A DNA stretch of 32,000 bases. Origin: Crocosphaera sp. Alani8. GTDB lineage: Bacteria > Cyanobacteriota > Cyanobacteriia > Cyanobacteriales > Microcystaceae. Both the position numbers and the translations under genes were made by a program. Below are positions 16,308 to 26,149 of this stretch, piece after piece; position 1 is the first letter of the stretch; each line of letters begins with the position of its first letter. The notes under the pieces were generated by a model, which saw only the letters and a list, made by a program, of their open reading frames with translations, was not told the DNA's origin and made no database searches. The DNA lies in assembly GCF_038442745.1 (NCBI RefSeq), contig NZ_JARVCN010000460.1, positions 23,389-55,388 on the forward strand. The letters run 5' to 3'.

Positions 16308-17414
16308 TTATCTCAGTTTTGACCATTTTGTAGCTATTCCTAATAAACCTAACAGAATGAATCCAAAAATAGCGTTGGGTTCAGGAGTAGCAACTAAAAC
16401 TGAAATGTTATCACTATTAAAATTAGCAACCGCCAAATCTTCCCTATTGTCGTTGTTGAAATCTCCAATCACTACCGCTCTAGCTGCATCACCCACATCA
16501 ATGTTACGAGGGAAACTAAAGTTTCCGAGTCCATCTCCTAAAAGTAAGGAAACATCATTGCTGAAAAAGTTGGCCACTGCTAAATCTTCATTTCCATCGT
16601 CATTTAAGTCCCCCACCGCAATAGAAGGGGGTAAAAGTCCCACTGGAAAATCTGTGCGGTTTCCAAAACTCCCCAATCCGTCTCCAAACAAAATCGAGAC
16701 ATCGTTATCATCAGCATTGCCAACTGCTAAATCTAATTCACCATCACTATTGAAGTCCCCTACTGCTAGTGCATCTGGTCTATCTCCTACAACAAAATTG
16801 TTGGGTGAACCAAAGTTACCGATTCCATCTCCCAATAAGATAGAAACGTCATCGCTAAAAGCATTAGCTACTGCCAAATCTAAGAAATCATCATCATCAA
16901 AAAGGCCAGTAACTACGGCAAAAGGTCCATCTCCAACTACAAAATTGTCAGGATTAAGAGAGAAATTGCCAGTGCCATTTCCCAGTAACACTGAGACATC
17001 ATCTCCCTCAAAATTAACCACGGCGATATCGAGATTACCATCATTGTTAAAGTCTCCAATGGTCAAGGGAACCGGGCTATTTCCCACAGAAAAGTTAGTG
17101 GGAGAAGAAAAATTACCCACCCCATCTCCTAACAGTATAGAAACATTATTATCGATATTATTTGCAACTGCTAGATCTAATATTCCATCATTGTTAACAT
17201 CTCCCACTGCAACAAAAGTTGGAGCTTCTCCTACAGCGATATCGGTACGATTACTAAAATCTCCTGTTCCATCCCCTAGCAATACTGAAATATCATTGCT
17301 CTCGAAATTAACCACCACTAAATCCTGGTTAATATCATCGTTAAAGTTCCCTGATGCAATAGATAGAGGTGTATTACCTACCAAGAAGTCCGTACGACTA
17401 AAATTCAAACTCAC
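16308..17414 (-). CDS. Seven-blade FG-GAP/VCBS repeat beta-propeller protein with a PEP-CTERM sorting tail
   Basis: The GTG start is preceded by aggag 9 nt upstream. Seven ~49-aa repeats follow the pattern VGD(F/L)N.DG..DLAVAN...(D/N)(V/I)S(V/I)LLG.G.G.F. The C-terminus TPEPNAIFGFILLGLLGIATKWSKLR is PEP, then a TM helix, then basic residues. Confidence 0.85.
   Translation of the reverse strand: MSLNFSRTDFLVGNTPLSIASGNFNDDINQDLVVVNFESNDISVLLGDGTGDFSNRTDIAVGEAPTFVAVGDVNNDGILDLAVANNIDNNVSILLGDGVGNFSSPTNFSVGNSPVPLTIGDFNNDGNLDIAVVNFEGDDVSVLLGNGTGNFSLNPDNFVVGDGPFAVVTGLFDDDDFLDLAVANAFSDDVSILLGDGIGNFGSPNNFVVGDRPDALAVGDFNSDGELDLAVGNADDNDVSILFGDGLGSFGNRTDFPVGLLPPSIAVGDLNDDGNEDLAVANFFSNDVSLLLGDGLGNFSFPRNIDVGDAARAVVIGDFNNDNREDLAVANFNSDNISVLVATPEPNAIFGFILLGLLGIATKWSKLR
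16389..17387 (-). repeat. Seven tandem ~147-bp coding repeats (FG-GAP blades)
   Basis: The periodicity is seen directly in the translated sequence. The repeats have diverged at the nucleotide level. Confidence 0.8.
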
Positions 17415-17655
17415 GTTTATCCACTCCTACAATTAATAATAATTAGACAATTCAAGAGGCTATCTTGGCACAATTATTAAGGTTAGTCAAAAGACCTATT
17501 GTCAAAGATGATAGCAGTATTTATTTGCATAGATTATAAACTTTCTAGCTTTGAGGCAGAAGGCAGAAGTTAAATTTTCGGTTATTCTATTCAATTGAAA
17601 AATGCTTAGGTTAACTGGTAAAATATGAATTAATTGTTAGATATTAATACGTTTG

Positions 17656-17964
17656 ATGAAAGTTATTGCTGATATTTGTGTTATTCCTATGGGAGTAGGG
17701 GTTTCTGTTTCTGAGTATGTAGCTGTTTGCTTAACTATCTTCACAGAAGCCAATCTCAATCCACAACTTCATGGATATGGAACCAATGTGGAAGGAGAAT
17801 GGGATGAGGTAATGGCAGCTCTAAAACGTTGCCATGAGAAAATTCACGAGATAGGAAGTCCGAGAATTAGTACCTCGATTCGGTTAGGAACTCGTACTGA
17901 TAGGGAACAAACTATTGCTGATAAGATTGATAGTGTTAACTCGATTAATATGGAGTTAAATTAA
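17656..17964 (+). CDS. MTH1187/YkoF-family (UPF0045, DUF77) thiamine-binding-like protein
   Basis: The translation is MKVIADICVIPMGVGVSVSEYVAVCLTIF...LHGYGTNVEGEWDEVMAALKRCHE...RISTSIRLGTRTD. It shows the typical DUF77 pattern and ~100-aa size. I chose the ATG at 17656, directly after the TTG at 17653. Confidence 0.75.
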   Translation: MKVIADICVIPMGVGVSVSEYVAVCLTIFTEANLNPQLHGYGTNVEGEWDEVMAALKRCHEKIHEIGSPRISTSIRLGTRTDREQTIADKIDSVNSINMELN

Positions 17965-18024
17965 ACAGTATTTTTCTGATCAAAGCTTTGTATAATTAGA
18001 CTTTTATACTTATAAGTCAATAAT

Positions 18025-18696
18025 ATGTTACTACTACAATTTAGCACCTCTCATTACTGCCGAAAAGCAAGACTAGCATTAGGTTATAAAAAAATCCCCT
18101 ATCAAGTAGAAAACTTAACCCCAGGATTACATATTTTGAAACTAAAACCCCTGACAGGGTTAAGTACTGTGCCAGTTTTGCTCCCCCAAAAAACAGGACA
18201 ACCCGAGGCAATAGCAGACTCAACTTGCATTTTTAACTACCTTGAAACCTATCAAAAAGATCCCCCTTTCATGCTATGTGATCCCCCCAAACAAACCCAA
18301 GCATTATTATTAGAAGATTGGTTAGACGAAAGTATTGGTACAGCAACTCGTTTTGTTTACTATAATTATCGTGCAGGAGAAGGAAAATCCATCGATCCAT
18401 CTCTATCAAGTCAACTGGTGATCAATATTGTCCGTCGTCAATACGGCATTACACCAAAAACTGTTGAATTAGCTCAAAAACGCCTAGAAGAAGCGATGAA
18501 TGTCCTTGGCTACTGGAAAGAGCAACCCTACTTAGTCGGAGACTCCTTGAGTATAGCTGACATTACCGCAACAGCTTTACTCAGTCCCCTGGCATTAATT
18601 CCTTACTATCGTCAAGCTTATCCTTGGTTATTTGAAAAAATTGTTACCATTCATAATATGTGTGGTGAAACTTTACCCCCAGGACTGTCTGTATAG
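18025..18696 (+). CDS. Glutathione S-transferase family protein
   Basis: It has an N-terminal thioredoxin-like GST_N pattern (SHYCRKARLALGYKKIPYQVENL...VPVLL). The C-terminal helical domain includes SIADITATALL. Confidence 0.8.
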   Translation: MLLLQFSTSHYCRKARLALGYKKIPYQVENLTPGLHILKLKPLTGLSTVPVLLPQKTGQPEAIADSTCIFNYLETYQKDPPFMLCDPPKQTQALLLEDWLDESIGTATRFVYYNYRAGEGKSIDPSLSSQLVINIVRRQYGITPKTVELAQKRLEEAMNVLGYWKEQPYLVGDSLSIADITATALLSPLALIPYYRQAYPWLFEKIVTIHNMCGETLPPGLSV

Positions 18697-18707
18697 GAGA
18701 TAAAATC

Positions 18708-19019
18708 ATGGTCTATAACCCACTTTATCGTGCCATTCCCATCAGTTTAGCTCTACAAATGGTATTTTTTGAGGTAGGGGTAACTTTACCACCCCCAGAG
18801 GACATTCCTGAAGAAGTGTTGCGGACCGAAATTATCACTGAGGGGCGATCGCCCGTAGATGGAGAACCCCTAAGTGCAGCAGAATACGCTCAAATCCAAG
18901 AAAAATTAGCACAGAGTCCTTATCCCCCCGAAATCGACTCAAAATTGCAAAATCTTATTTTTTTATTGAAAATACGCAAAATGCTCAAAACCTTTGTTCC
19001 TCTGCCCATAATACCTTGA
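18708..19019 (+). CDS. Hypothetical protein (103 aa), probably co-transcribed with the GST gene
   Basis: The SD ggaga lies upstream and the ATG is 12 nt after the GST stop. I recognised no family motif. It has a hydrophobic N-terminal segment and a basic C-terminus. Confidence 0.5.
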   Translation: MVYNPLYRAIPISLALQMVFFEVGVTLPPPEDIPEEVLRTEIITEGRSPVDGEPLSAAEYAQIQEKLAQSPYPPEIDSKLQNLIFLLKIRKMLKTFVPLPIIP

Positions 19020-19210
19020 GTATGATGAAAGTCATCTTTAACAGAAGAAAATGACTATAAAAATTTAGCCCAAATTTTTACTTTAAAGGCTGTTAGTTTG
19101 AGGGAATCTTGGGGAATCTTAAGGGAGAAGGATAACCAATCTATAGCCATCAAGGGCAAAGATCGATTACCTCAAAGACCATCAAATTAACGCTTATAGG
19201 GGGGTTTACT

Positions 19211-19771
19211 GTGTCAACTCATAAAATACTCGTCATTGATGATAGTAAAGTGATTCGGATGCGGGTTAAAGATATGTTACCAGAAGGTAACTTTCAAGTC
19301 CTCGAAGCCAAAGATGGTGTTGAAGGATACAATCTTATCCGTAGCGAACAACCTAACCTCATTATGTTGGATTTTCTACTCCCTAAAATGAGTGGTTGGG
19401 ATGTTTATCAAGAAGTGCAAAAAGAATACGATCTCAAAAAAATTCCTCTTGTCTTGATGTCAGGAAGAAAAGAAGAGGTTGTTGAAAAACTTAACGAACC
19501 TTTTGAATACTTTTCTTTTATTGAAAAACCTTTCGAGAAAAAACAATTACTCGGCGCTATTAAAGATGCTATGGCTAAAGCTAGAAAGCATCCTAAACCA
19601 AAAGAAACAGCAGGAAACACTTCTCAAGTTACAGGAAATGTCAAAGATGGTGCCGCTATGGCTAAAGAAATTGTTTCTCTTCGTCAACAAGTTAATACCA
19701 TGCAAGGGGAAATTGATCTACTCAAGAAACAACTAAGACAAGTATTAGGTTTCCTCCGACAAAAAGGGTAG
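19211..19771 (+). CDS. CheY-like response regulator (receiver domain) with a C-terminal coiled-coil tail, no DNA-binding domain
   Basis: The start is GTG. The receiver signature is present: ILVIDDS...LIMLDFLLPKMSGW...PLVLMSG...KPF. The C-terminal 60 aa are Lys/Gln-rich and heptad-like (EIVSLRQQVNTMQGEIDLLKKQLRQVL). Confidence 0.8.
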   Translation: MSTHKILVIDDSKVIRMRVKDMLPEGNFQVLEAKDGVEGYNLIRSEQPNLIMLDFLLPKMSGWDVYQEVQKEYDLKKIPLVLMSGRKEEVVEKLNEPFEYFSFIEKPFEKKQLLGAIKDAMAKARKHPKPKETAGNTSQVTGNVKDGAAMAKEIVSLRQQVNTMQGEIDLLKKQLRQVLGFLRQKG

Positions 19772-19787
19772 AAATTAAAGGAATATC

Positions 19788-19814
19788 CCCTTGCTATTAC
19801 TTCACTAGCAAGGG
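19788..19814. terminator. Hairpin between the convergent response-regulator and rsmG genes
   Basis: Perfect 9-bp inverted repeat cccttgcta / tagcaaggg with a 9-nt loop, inside the 100-nt convergent gap. The U-tracts are weak. Confidence 0.45.
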
Positions 19815-19871
19815 CAGATTTCTAATAAATTACTTTTCTTTCAGATTATTTTTATAGCCATATCCTACTAA

Positions 19872-20597
19872 CTATAAAGGTTGTTGTTTAGGAACCCCTA
19901 CAGCCCGAGGGAACTGTTCAGAAATTTTAATGGTTTTTTCAACATAAATAAAGTGGCGTACACTTTGAGTTAAAGGGGTTTTAAATTGTTTAACTAGGAT
20001 CAGTTTTCCTCCTAATTGTTTTAAAGCATTGTCTAGGCTTATTTCTTCTTGGTTTTGCAAGTTTCCTCGATACAAAACCCCAATTCCTCCTACTTTGAGA
20101 AAAGGTAAAATATATTCAGCACAAACTGAAACTTCCCCCACGGCACGAATTAATCCTAAATCATAACTTTCTCGATGTTCTGGAAAATGTCCTATATCTT
20201 CTGCACGACCGATAATTGTTTGGCAGTTAGACAATTGTAATGCTTCTAAAAAGAGTTTAATAACATTAATTTTTTTACGAGTTGAATCTAGCAATGCTAT
20301 TTGCCAATGAGGAAAGATAATACCAATAGGAAGACCGGGAAAACCTGCGCCTGTTCCAATGTCAATTGCTTTTAATGACTCTTTATACTGTAAAAAATCT
20401 AAGCCAATCACACCAGCTACAGAGTCCCATAAATGCTTTTCCCAAAAGTCATTTGGTTCAGTGATTCGGGTTAAATTAATTTGATTATTAATTAATAAAA
20501 TTTCTTGATATAACTTTTCCCATTGTTCTAATTGATCTTGTGTGGGTTGCCATTGTAAACTATCTTGCCAAATGTCTTTGAATGTGGGTAATTCCAT
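19872..20597 (-). CDS. rsmG: 16S rRNA (guanine527-N7)-methyltransferase RsmG (GidB)
   Basis: It has INLTRITEPNDFWEKHLWDS, IDIGTGAGFPGLPIGI and LDSTRKKI, the RsmG signature blocks. Confidence 0.9.
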   Translation of the reverse strand: MELPTFKDIWQDSLQWQPTQDQLEQWEKLYQEILLINNQINLTRITEPNDFWEKHLWDSVAGVIGLDFLQYKESLKAIDIGTGAGFPGLPIGIIFPHWQIALLDSTRKKINVIKLFLEALQLSNCQTIIGRAEDIGHFPEHRESYDLGLIRAVGEVSVCAEYILPFLKVGGIGVLYRGNLQNQEEISLDNALKQLGGKLILVKQFKTPLTQSVRHFIYVEKTIKISEQFPRAVGVPKQQPL

Positions 20598-20694
20598 TAA
20601 TTAAGTCAAAGGTGAACAGTTGAATGATACTATAAATTTTGGATTTAGTTGAGATACTTTTATAATACATCAAATCAATCTTTTTCTGTTTTCG

Positions 20695-20722
20695 GTAGGG
20701 TTCAACGGCCATTGAACCCTAC
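20695..20722. terminator. Perfect 11-bp stem hairpin immediately 3' of the P-type ATPase gene
   Basis: gtagggttcaa-cggcca-ttgaaccctac lies 6 nt beyond the ATPase stop codon. On the gene strand no U-run follows it, so it may be a terminator or an RNA-stability element. Confidence 0.4.
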
Positions 20723-20728
20723 AATAGT

Positions 20729-23575
20729 TTAATGTTTAAATTTCCGATAAAGACGGAAGAAAATCTTTTCTAATTCCACCCAAACAAACATCAAACTACT
20801 AAACAACAAACAGATAACTAATTGTTCGCCTGTTAATACTGTTGTGTTAAAGAAAGACCGTAACGGGGCAACATAAACTAACATTAATTGTAGAATCGTT
20901 GTCACAATAACAGCACCCCATAAATAAAGGTTAGAAAAAGGGTTCATTTCAATAGCTAAACGGGTAGTAGAACGAGAGGCGATCGCATGACCCATTTGAG
21001 CAATACAAAGGGTGGTAAATACCATTGTCTTCCAGCTTTCGGGATCATGACCAGGTTGTTGAGCGTCATAAAATGCCCAGGACATTAAACTAATAGTAAC
21101 AATAGAAAAAATGATGCCAATACGAACAATATAAAACCCTAAACCACGGGCAAAAATGCTTTCTTGAGGATTAGAAGGAGGACGCTCCATGATATGAGGA
21201 TCAGCAGGTTCCACTGCCAAAGCTAAAGCCGGTAAACCATCCGTAACTAAATTCATCCAAAGAATTTGTAGAGGGGTTAAAGGAACACCAGAAAGTCCCA
21301 TTAATGGGGCCGCTGCAATAGTAATAACTTCCCCCACATTACTACCCAAAATGTACTTAATAAAGTGACGAATATTGCTGTAAACCACCCGTCCCTCTTC
21401 CGTAGCAGCGACGATAGTGGCAAAATTATCATCCAGCAATACCATATCACTCGCTTCCTTGCTCACATCCGTCCCTGTGATACCCATAGCAATACCGATA
21501 TCCGCTTGTTTAAGGGCGGGTGCATCGTTCACACCGTCCCCAGTCATAGCCACAAATTTGTTGCCCTTCTGCAATGCTTGGACGATGCGTAATTTATGTT
21601 CAGGGGAAACGCGGGCATAAACGCTCACCCTGTCTACCTCTTCCTCTAACTGAGGTTGAGATAACTTTTCTAATTCCCGTCCCGTTAAGATGTTATCAGT
21701 TGTTGCGATGATTCCTAACTGTTGGGCGATCGCTTGAGCGGTGAGTTGGTGATCCCCTGTAATCATGATGGCACGAATACCGGCAGCCCGACATTTAGCC
21801 ACAGCCGCTTTAACTTCAGGGCGAGGAGCATCCATCATCCCCACTAACCCTAACCAGATTAACCCCTGTTCGATCTCTTCTGCTTCCGTTGCGTCTGGTA
21901 TTTGTGGGATGGGTTTATAGGCCAAACCCAACACCCGTAAAGCCCGCTTAGCCATGCCATTATTACCTCTCAATACCTGTTCTTTTTGCTCTTCGGTTAA
22001 GGGATGAACCCGTCGACCTTGTTGATAATATTGACATTGTTCGAGGATTAATTCGGGAGATCCTTTAGTAAACAAAACATATTCGTGATCCGGTTGACTT
22101 TGCCAACTAGGCCAACGATCGCCGTTTTGCCTACCTTGACAGACGGTACTCATGCGTTTGCGTTCAGAAGAAAAAGGAAATTCTGCCACCCTTGTATATT
22201 CTTCTTCTAACTCTGATTGTTGTAACCCAGCTTTCCCCCCTAACGCTAGTAACGATCCTTCCGTGGGATCACCCATAATGCTCCAGTCTTTTTCTTCTTG
22301 GGACAAATGGGCATCGTTACATAAAACCCCTGTAAATAATAAAGCTTGTAATGCGCCGTAACGACTGCAACGAATACTATTTTTCGCCTCGCTACAAATA
22401 AACTCCCCCACCGGTTCGTATCCTGTCCCTGTAACTTGATAGTTACCTTCGAGGGTTTCTACTTCTTGGACAACCATTTTATTCTGGGTTAGGGTTCCTG
22501 TTTTATCGGAACAAATAACATTAACCGATCCCAATGTTTCCACAGCCGGTAGTTTACGGATCAAAGCGTGGCGTTTAACCATACGTTGGGTTCCCAGGGC
22601 CAAAGTAACCGTAATAACCGCCGGTAAACCCTCCGGAACCACAGCAACCGCCATACTCAAAGAGATTTCGATTAACTCTTGTAATAGTCCCCATCCGGCT
22701 TTGAGGGTTCCTGCCACCACCACCACAGCAACCATAATCAATGAACCTGTTACCAGAACGTTCCCTAACTGGGTCATACGTCGCTGTAAGGGGGTGTCTT
22801 CCGTTTCCACCGATTGTAACATTTCGGCGATTTTCCCCAGTTCTGTGTCCATTCCCGTGCCGGTAACCACAACTTTGGCCCGTCCTTGAATTACCTCGGT
22901 TCCAGTAAAGACCATGTTTACCCGATCTCCCACGGGGGTATCTTCTTGTAACCCTTGGGTTAAGATATTTTTTTCAACTGCGTGGGCTTCTCCTGTTAGG
23001 GCTGACTCTCTAATTTGTAGATGAGATCCCTCTATAATTTGACCATCGGCGCACAAAGTATCTCCAGCTTCGATTATAATAATGTCCCCTGGTACTAATA
23101 AGGGTGCATCCACTTCTTGACGTTTTCCGTCTCTCAGCACTTGTACTCTAGGAGAAGATAGCTTTTTTAAGGCGGCTAGGGCTTTTTCGGCGCGGGTTTC
23201 TTGTAAGTAACCCAATAGTCCGTTTAAGATAACGATGGAAAAGATGGCGATAGTGTCTTTGAAAGGGAGGCCGCTTTTAGTTGTTCCACTGTTGCTTAGT
23301 TCAACAATATCCAAAATACCAGAAATAATAGCGACAACGATCAGCATGATTAACATGATGTTGGTAAACTGATCGAGGAGTATTTGCCAATTGCTGCGGC
23401 CTACGTTTTCTTCTATTTCGTTACGGCCATAATGTTGTTGTCTTTGATTAATATTTTCTGTGTCTAACCCAACTTGGGGATCAGTTCCCAAAATGTCTAG
23501 GGTTTTAGCTACAGAGTAAGTATGCCAGGATTGTTTTTTTTGGGGAAGGGTATGGGCAGAATAGGATCGGATCAC
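20729..23575 (-). CDS. P-type cation-transporting ATPase, P2 (Ca2+-ATPase, PacL-like)
   Basis: 948-aa ORF with a GTG start. Motifs present: LTGEA (actuator), [13 protein letters not shown] (phosphorylation), [28 protein letters not shown]. It has ten hydrophobic segments and PEGLP in TM4. Confidence 0.9.
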   Translation of the reverse strand: MIRSYSAHTLPQKKQSWHTYSVAKTLDILGTDPQVGLDTENINQRQQHYGRNEIEENVGRSNWQILLDQFTNIMLIMLIVVAIISGILDIVELSNSGTTKSGLPFKDTIAIFSIVILNGLLGYLQETRAEKALAALKKLSSPRVQVLRDGKRQEVDAPLLVPGDIIIIEAGDTLCADGQIIEGSHLQIRESALTGEAHAVEKNILTQGLQEDTPVGDRVNMVFTGTEVIQGRAKVVVTGTGMDTELGKIAEMLQSVETEDTPLQRRMTQLGNVLVTGSLIMVAVVVVAGTLKAGWGLLQELIEISLSMAVAVVPEGLPAVITVTLALGTQRMVKRHALIRKLPAVETLGSVNVICSDKTGTLTQNKMVVQEVETLEGNYQVTGTGYEPVGEFICSEAKNSIRCSRYGALQALLFTGVLCNDAHLSQEEKDWSIMGDPTEGSLLALGGKAGLQQSELEEEYTRVAEFPFSSERKRMSTVCQGRQNGDRWPSWQSQPDHEYVLFTKGSPELILEQCQYYQQGRRVHPLTEEQKEQVLRGNNGMAKRALRVLGLAYKPIPQIPDATEAEEIEQGLIWLGLVGMMDAPRPEVKAAVAKCRAAGIRAIMITGDHQLTAQAIAQQLGIIATTDNILTGRELEKLSQPQLEEEVDRVSVYARVSPEHKLRIVQALQKGNKFVAMTGDGVNDAPALKQADIGIAMGITGTDVSKEASDMVLLDDNFATIVAATEEGRVVYSNIRHFIKYILGSNVGEVITIAAAPLMGLSGVPLTPLQILWMNLVTDGLPALALAVEPADPHIMERPPSNPQESIFARGLGFYIVRIGIIFSIVTISLMSWAFYDAQQPGHDPESWKTMVFTTLCIAQMGHAIASRSTTRLAIEMNPFSNLYLWGAVIVTTILQLMLVYVAPLRSFFNTTVLTGEQLVICLLFSSLMFVWVELEKIFFRLYRKFKH

Positions 23576-23702
23576 AGGAACACAGATAAGTTAATTCTCT
23601 ACTTGTGTTGATCTTACTGTTTACTTTCTCAAGGGTTCCGATTGATCACAAAATTGTAAACTGTCGTTAATTAATGGACTGTTACCGATAATCGGTCAAT
23701 AC

Positions 23703-23927
23703 ATGGCCATTGCACCACCAAAAAACCCTAAACCACCGGTTATGGAATTCTATAAAAGCCATCTCAAAGATATTCAAGCAAAGTTAACCAATGATGGCAA
23801 AATTGACCCTAATTGCTCTGGCAATAATTCCCTGAAACAATTAGGTAAAGCAAGAGTGGGGGATAAGTTAGTCAAATTGTTGTTCAAAGAACTGCTTGTA
23901 GCTTATCGTAAACTTATGGTTAAATAG
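23703..23927 (+). CDS. Hypothetical small protein (74 aa), weakly supported
   Basis: It is an ORF only, with no clear SD and no recognised motif. It lies 75 nt upstream of ycf46 on the same strand. Confidence 0.25.
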   Translation: MAIAPPKNPKPPVMEFYKSHLKDIQAKLTNDGKIDPNCSGNNSLKQLGKARVGDKLVKLLFKELLVAYRKLMVK

Positions 23928-24002
23928 CACCAAAAAAAAGGGGTCTATAACCCTCCCTTGTTGGTAGTTATTTGGAAAAATTCATCCTAAAGTAATTAAA
24001 AG

Positions 24003-25505
24003 ATGACCTTTCAAGAAGAATTTGAACTGTTGCTACGAGCTTGCTACCCTTTAATATACATTCCCACCAACGAAGAAGAAAGACTCGAAACAGCGATCGC
24101 CCAGTGCGCCAAAACCCTAGCTAACCGAACCGTTTATGTATGGGACTTTGTAGACGGCTATCAAGACAATCCCAACAACGAAGGATTCGGCAGACGCAAC
24201 CCTCTACAAGCATTAGAATTTGTAGAACAATTGCCCAATAATATTGGAGGAATTTTCATTTTACGGGACTTCCAACGTTTCTTAGAAGACGTATCCATCT
24301 CTCGCAAACTACGAAACCTCTCCCGTCGCTTAAAATCCCAATCCAAGAACATCATCATCCTTGCTCCTCAACTACAAATCCCCGAAGAATTAAGCGAAGT
24401 CCTTACGGTTTTAGATTTTCCCCTCCCCATCACCCCAGAGATTGAAAGCGAACTACAACGCCTTATCGGGGCCACAGGACAACCATTATCCAATACATTA
24501 ATAGACGAATTAGTAAGGGCAGCACAAGGACTCTCTTTAGAAAGAATACGCCGAGTTTTGACCCGTTGTATTGCTAGTCATGGACGCATCGAACCAGAAG
24601 ACGTAGAACTAATCTTAGAAGAAAAGCGTCAATCCATCCGTCAAACCCAAATTCTTGATTTTTACCCCGCTACCGAACAAATTTCTGACATTGGGGGTTT
24701 AGATAACCTCAAAGACTGGTTATTGAGACGAGGGGGAGCATTTAGCGAAAAAGCCAGGTCTTACGGTTTACCCCACCCTCGAGGACTACTCTTAGTGGGT
24801 ATCCAAGGTACAGGAAAATCCCTCACGGCTAAAGCCATCTCTCACCACTGGCGTTTACCCCTACTCCGTTTAGATGTGGGGCGGCTTTTTGGGGGACTAG
24901 TAGGAGAATCAGAGTCTCGCACCCGCCAGATGATTAGTCTAGCAGAAGCCTTAGCCCCTTGTGTCCTCTGGATCGATGAAATAGATAAAGCCTTTGCTGG
25001 AGCAGAAGGAAAAGGAGACGGAGGAACCACTAGCCGAGTGTTTGGCACTTTTATTACCTGGTTAGCAGAAAAAAAATCCCCCGTGTTTGTGGTGGCCACC
25101 GCCAACAATATCAAAGCTTTACCCCCAGAAATGCTCCGTAAGGGCCGCTTTGACGAAATTTTCTTTGTCGGTTTACCCAGTCAAGGGGAACGAGAAGCCA
25201 TCTTCAACGTCCATCTATCTAGACTGCGACCCCACAATCTCAAAACTTATGACACTAAGCGACTCGCCTATGAAACCCCAGACTTTTCAGGGGCAGAAAT
25301 AGAACAAACTATAATCGAAGCTATGCACATTGGGTTTAGTCAAAACCGTGACTTTACCACCGATGATGTCCTACAAGCCGCAAGTCAAATTATACCCCTA
25401 GCTCGAACTGCCCAAGAAGAAATTGAGTTTTTACGACAGTGGGCGGCGGCAGGAAAAGCGCGATTAGCTTCTCGTCAAAGTTCTTTGAACTCTCTGACTT
25501 CCTAA
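24003..25505 (+). CDS. ycf46: AAA+ ATPase Ycf46 family
   Basis: 500-aa ORF. The N-terminus is MTFQEEFELLLRACYPLIYIPTNEEERLE, typical of Ycf46. Walker A is GIQGTGKSLTAKA, Walker B is VLWIDEIDK, and the second region of homology is ATANNIKALPPEMLRKGRFDEIFFV. Confidence 0.8.
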   Translation: MTFQEEFELLLRACYPLIYIPTNEEERLETAIAQCAKTLANRTVYVWDFVDGYQDNPNNEGFGRRNPLQALEFVEQLPNNIGGIFILRDFQRFLEDVSISRKLRNLSRRLKSQSKNIIILAPQLQIPEELSEVLTVLDFPLPITPEIESELQRLIGATGQPLSNTLIDELVRAAQGLSLERIRRVLTRCIASHGRIEPEDVELILEEKRQSIRQTQILDFYPATEQISDIGGLDNLKDWLLRRGGAFSEKARSYGLPHPRGLLLVGIQGTGKSLTAKAISHHWRLPLLRLDVGRLFGGLVGESESRTRQMISLAEALAPCVLWIDEIDKAFAGAEGKGDGGTTSRVFGTFITWLAEKKSPVFVVATANNIKALPPEMLRKGRFDEIFFVGLPSQGEREAIFNVHLSRLRPHNLKTYDTKRLAYETPDFSGAEIEQTIIEAMHIGFSQNRDFTTDDVLQAASQIIPLARTAQEEIEFLRQWAAAGKARLASRQSSLNSLTS

Positions 25506-25580
25506 ATCGGGAACACAGGCCAAATCAGTGGAATCAAAGTTAATATGTAACCCTACATTATCTTATATCTTGTTATCGTT

Positions 25581-26063
25581 ATGAATCGTTTATCTGGTGT
25601 TTTTCAATTCTTATTAGGTTTTTTCCTGGGTATTTTCCTCTTGGTGGGGGGAACTGCCTCTCTTGCCTATGTCGTCTTTACTCGCATGAATGCTAACCCA
25701 GAAAAACCCCTGTTTGCCGAGGAGAAACCTCAAGATACTACCGCCAACGCCGATAGTGATCCCGCTTCTCAGCAAGCAACGGAAACTAAACCTGTCGAAG
25801 AAGTGGTATCCACAGAAACAGTGATGGAAGAGGAAACAGAGAAACTTCCTCAAGGAGCTTATCGAGCTAAAGTTACTTGGTCAACTGGGTTGAGTCTGCG
25901 ATCGCAACCATCCTCCGACGGAGAAAGAATAGGCGGTGTGGAGTACGACACAGAGCTAATCGTACTAAAAAGCAGTGCCGATGGTGATTGGCAACAGGTT
26001 CGTCTCCCCAATAATCAACAAGAAGGTTGGGTTAAAGCCGGCAATGTACAAGAAATAGAATAA
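25581..26063 (+). CDS. Membrane-anchored SH3b-domain protein
   Basis: It has an N-terminal TM helix (FQFLLGFFLGIFLLVGGTASLAYVVF) and an acidic linker. The C-terminal bacterial SH3-like block is YRAKVTWSTGLSLRSQPSSDGERIGGVEYDTELIVL...WQQVRL...GWVKAGNV. Confidence 0.7.
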   Translation: MNRLSGVFQFLLGFFLGIFLLVGGTASLAYVVFTRMNANPEKPLFAEEKPQDTTANADSDPASQQATETKPVEEVVSTETVMEEETEKLPQGAYRAKVTWSTGLSLRSQPSSDGERIGGVEYDTELIVLKSSADGDWQQVRLPNNQQEGWVKAGNVQEIE

Positions 26064-26149
26064 TCGGTTAGGCCAATTAGTCGCACAAAAATGGGTGTTA
26101 ACTGCGACCAGTTTTCCTTTTGCCCGATTTACCATACCCGCTCCTTGCG

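Noticed and set aside
16291-17436. 381-aa plus-strand ORF antisense to the FG-GAP gene
   Set aside because: Its product is low-complexity (Ser/Pro/Lys/Thr-rich) and mirrors the 147-bp periodicity. It is open only because Asp/Asn/Gly-rich repeat codons lack stops on the opposite strand. The minus-strand ORF has a clear domain structure, an RBS and a sorting signal.
17437-17652. Possible TPP riboswitch upstream of the thiamine-binding-like DUF77 gene
   Set aside because: I looked for the conserved CUGAGA and ACCUGAUCUGGAUAAUGCCAGCG elements and found neither.
21365-22889. Four plus-strand ORFs of 62-75 aa antisense to the P-type ATPase gene
   Set aside because: They are shadow ORFs within a long, motif-rich coding region on the other strand.
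23684-23696. Perfect 13-nt palindrome accgataatcggt just upstream of the 74-aa ORF; a related string occurs at about 12324
   Set aside because: It is short. The second occurrence overlaps the egtB stop codon and differs at two positions, so the similarity is probably coincidental.
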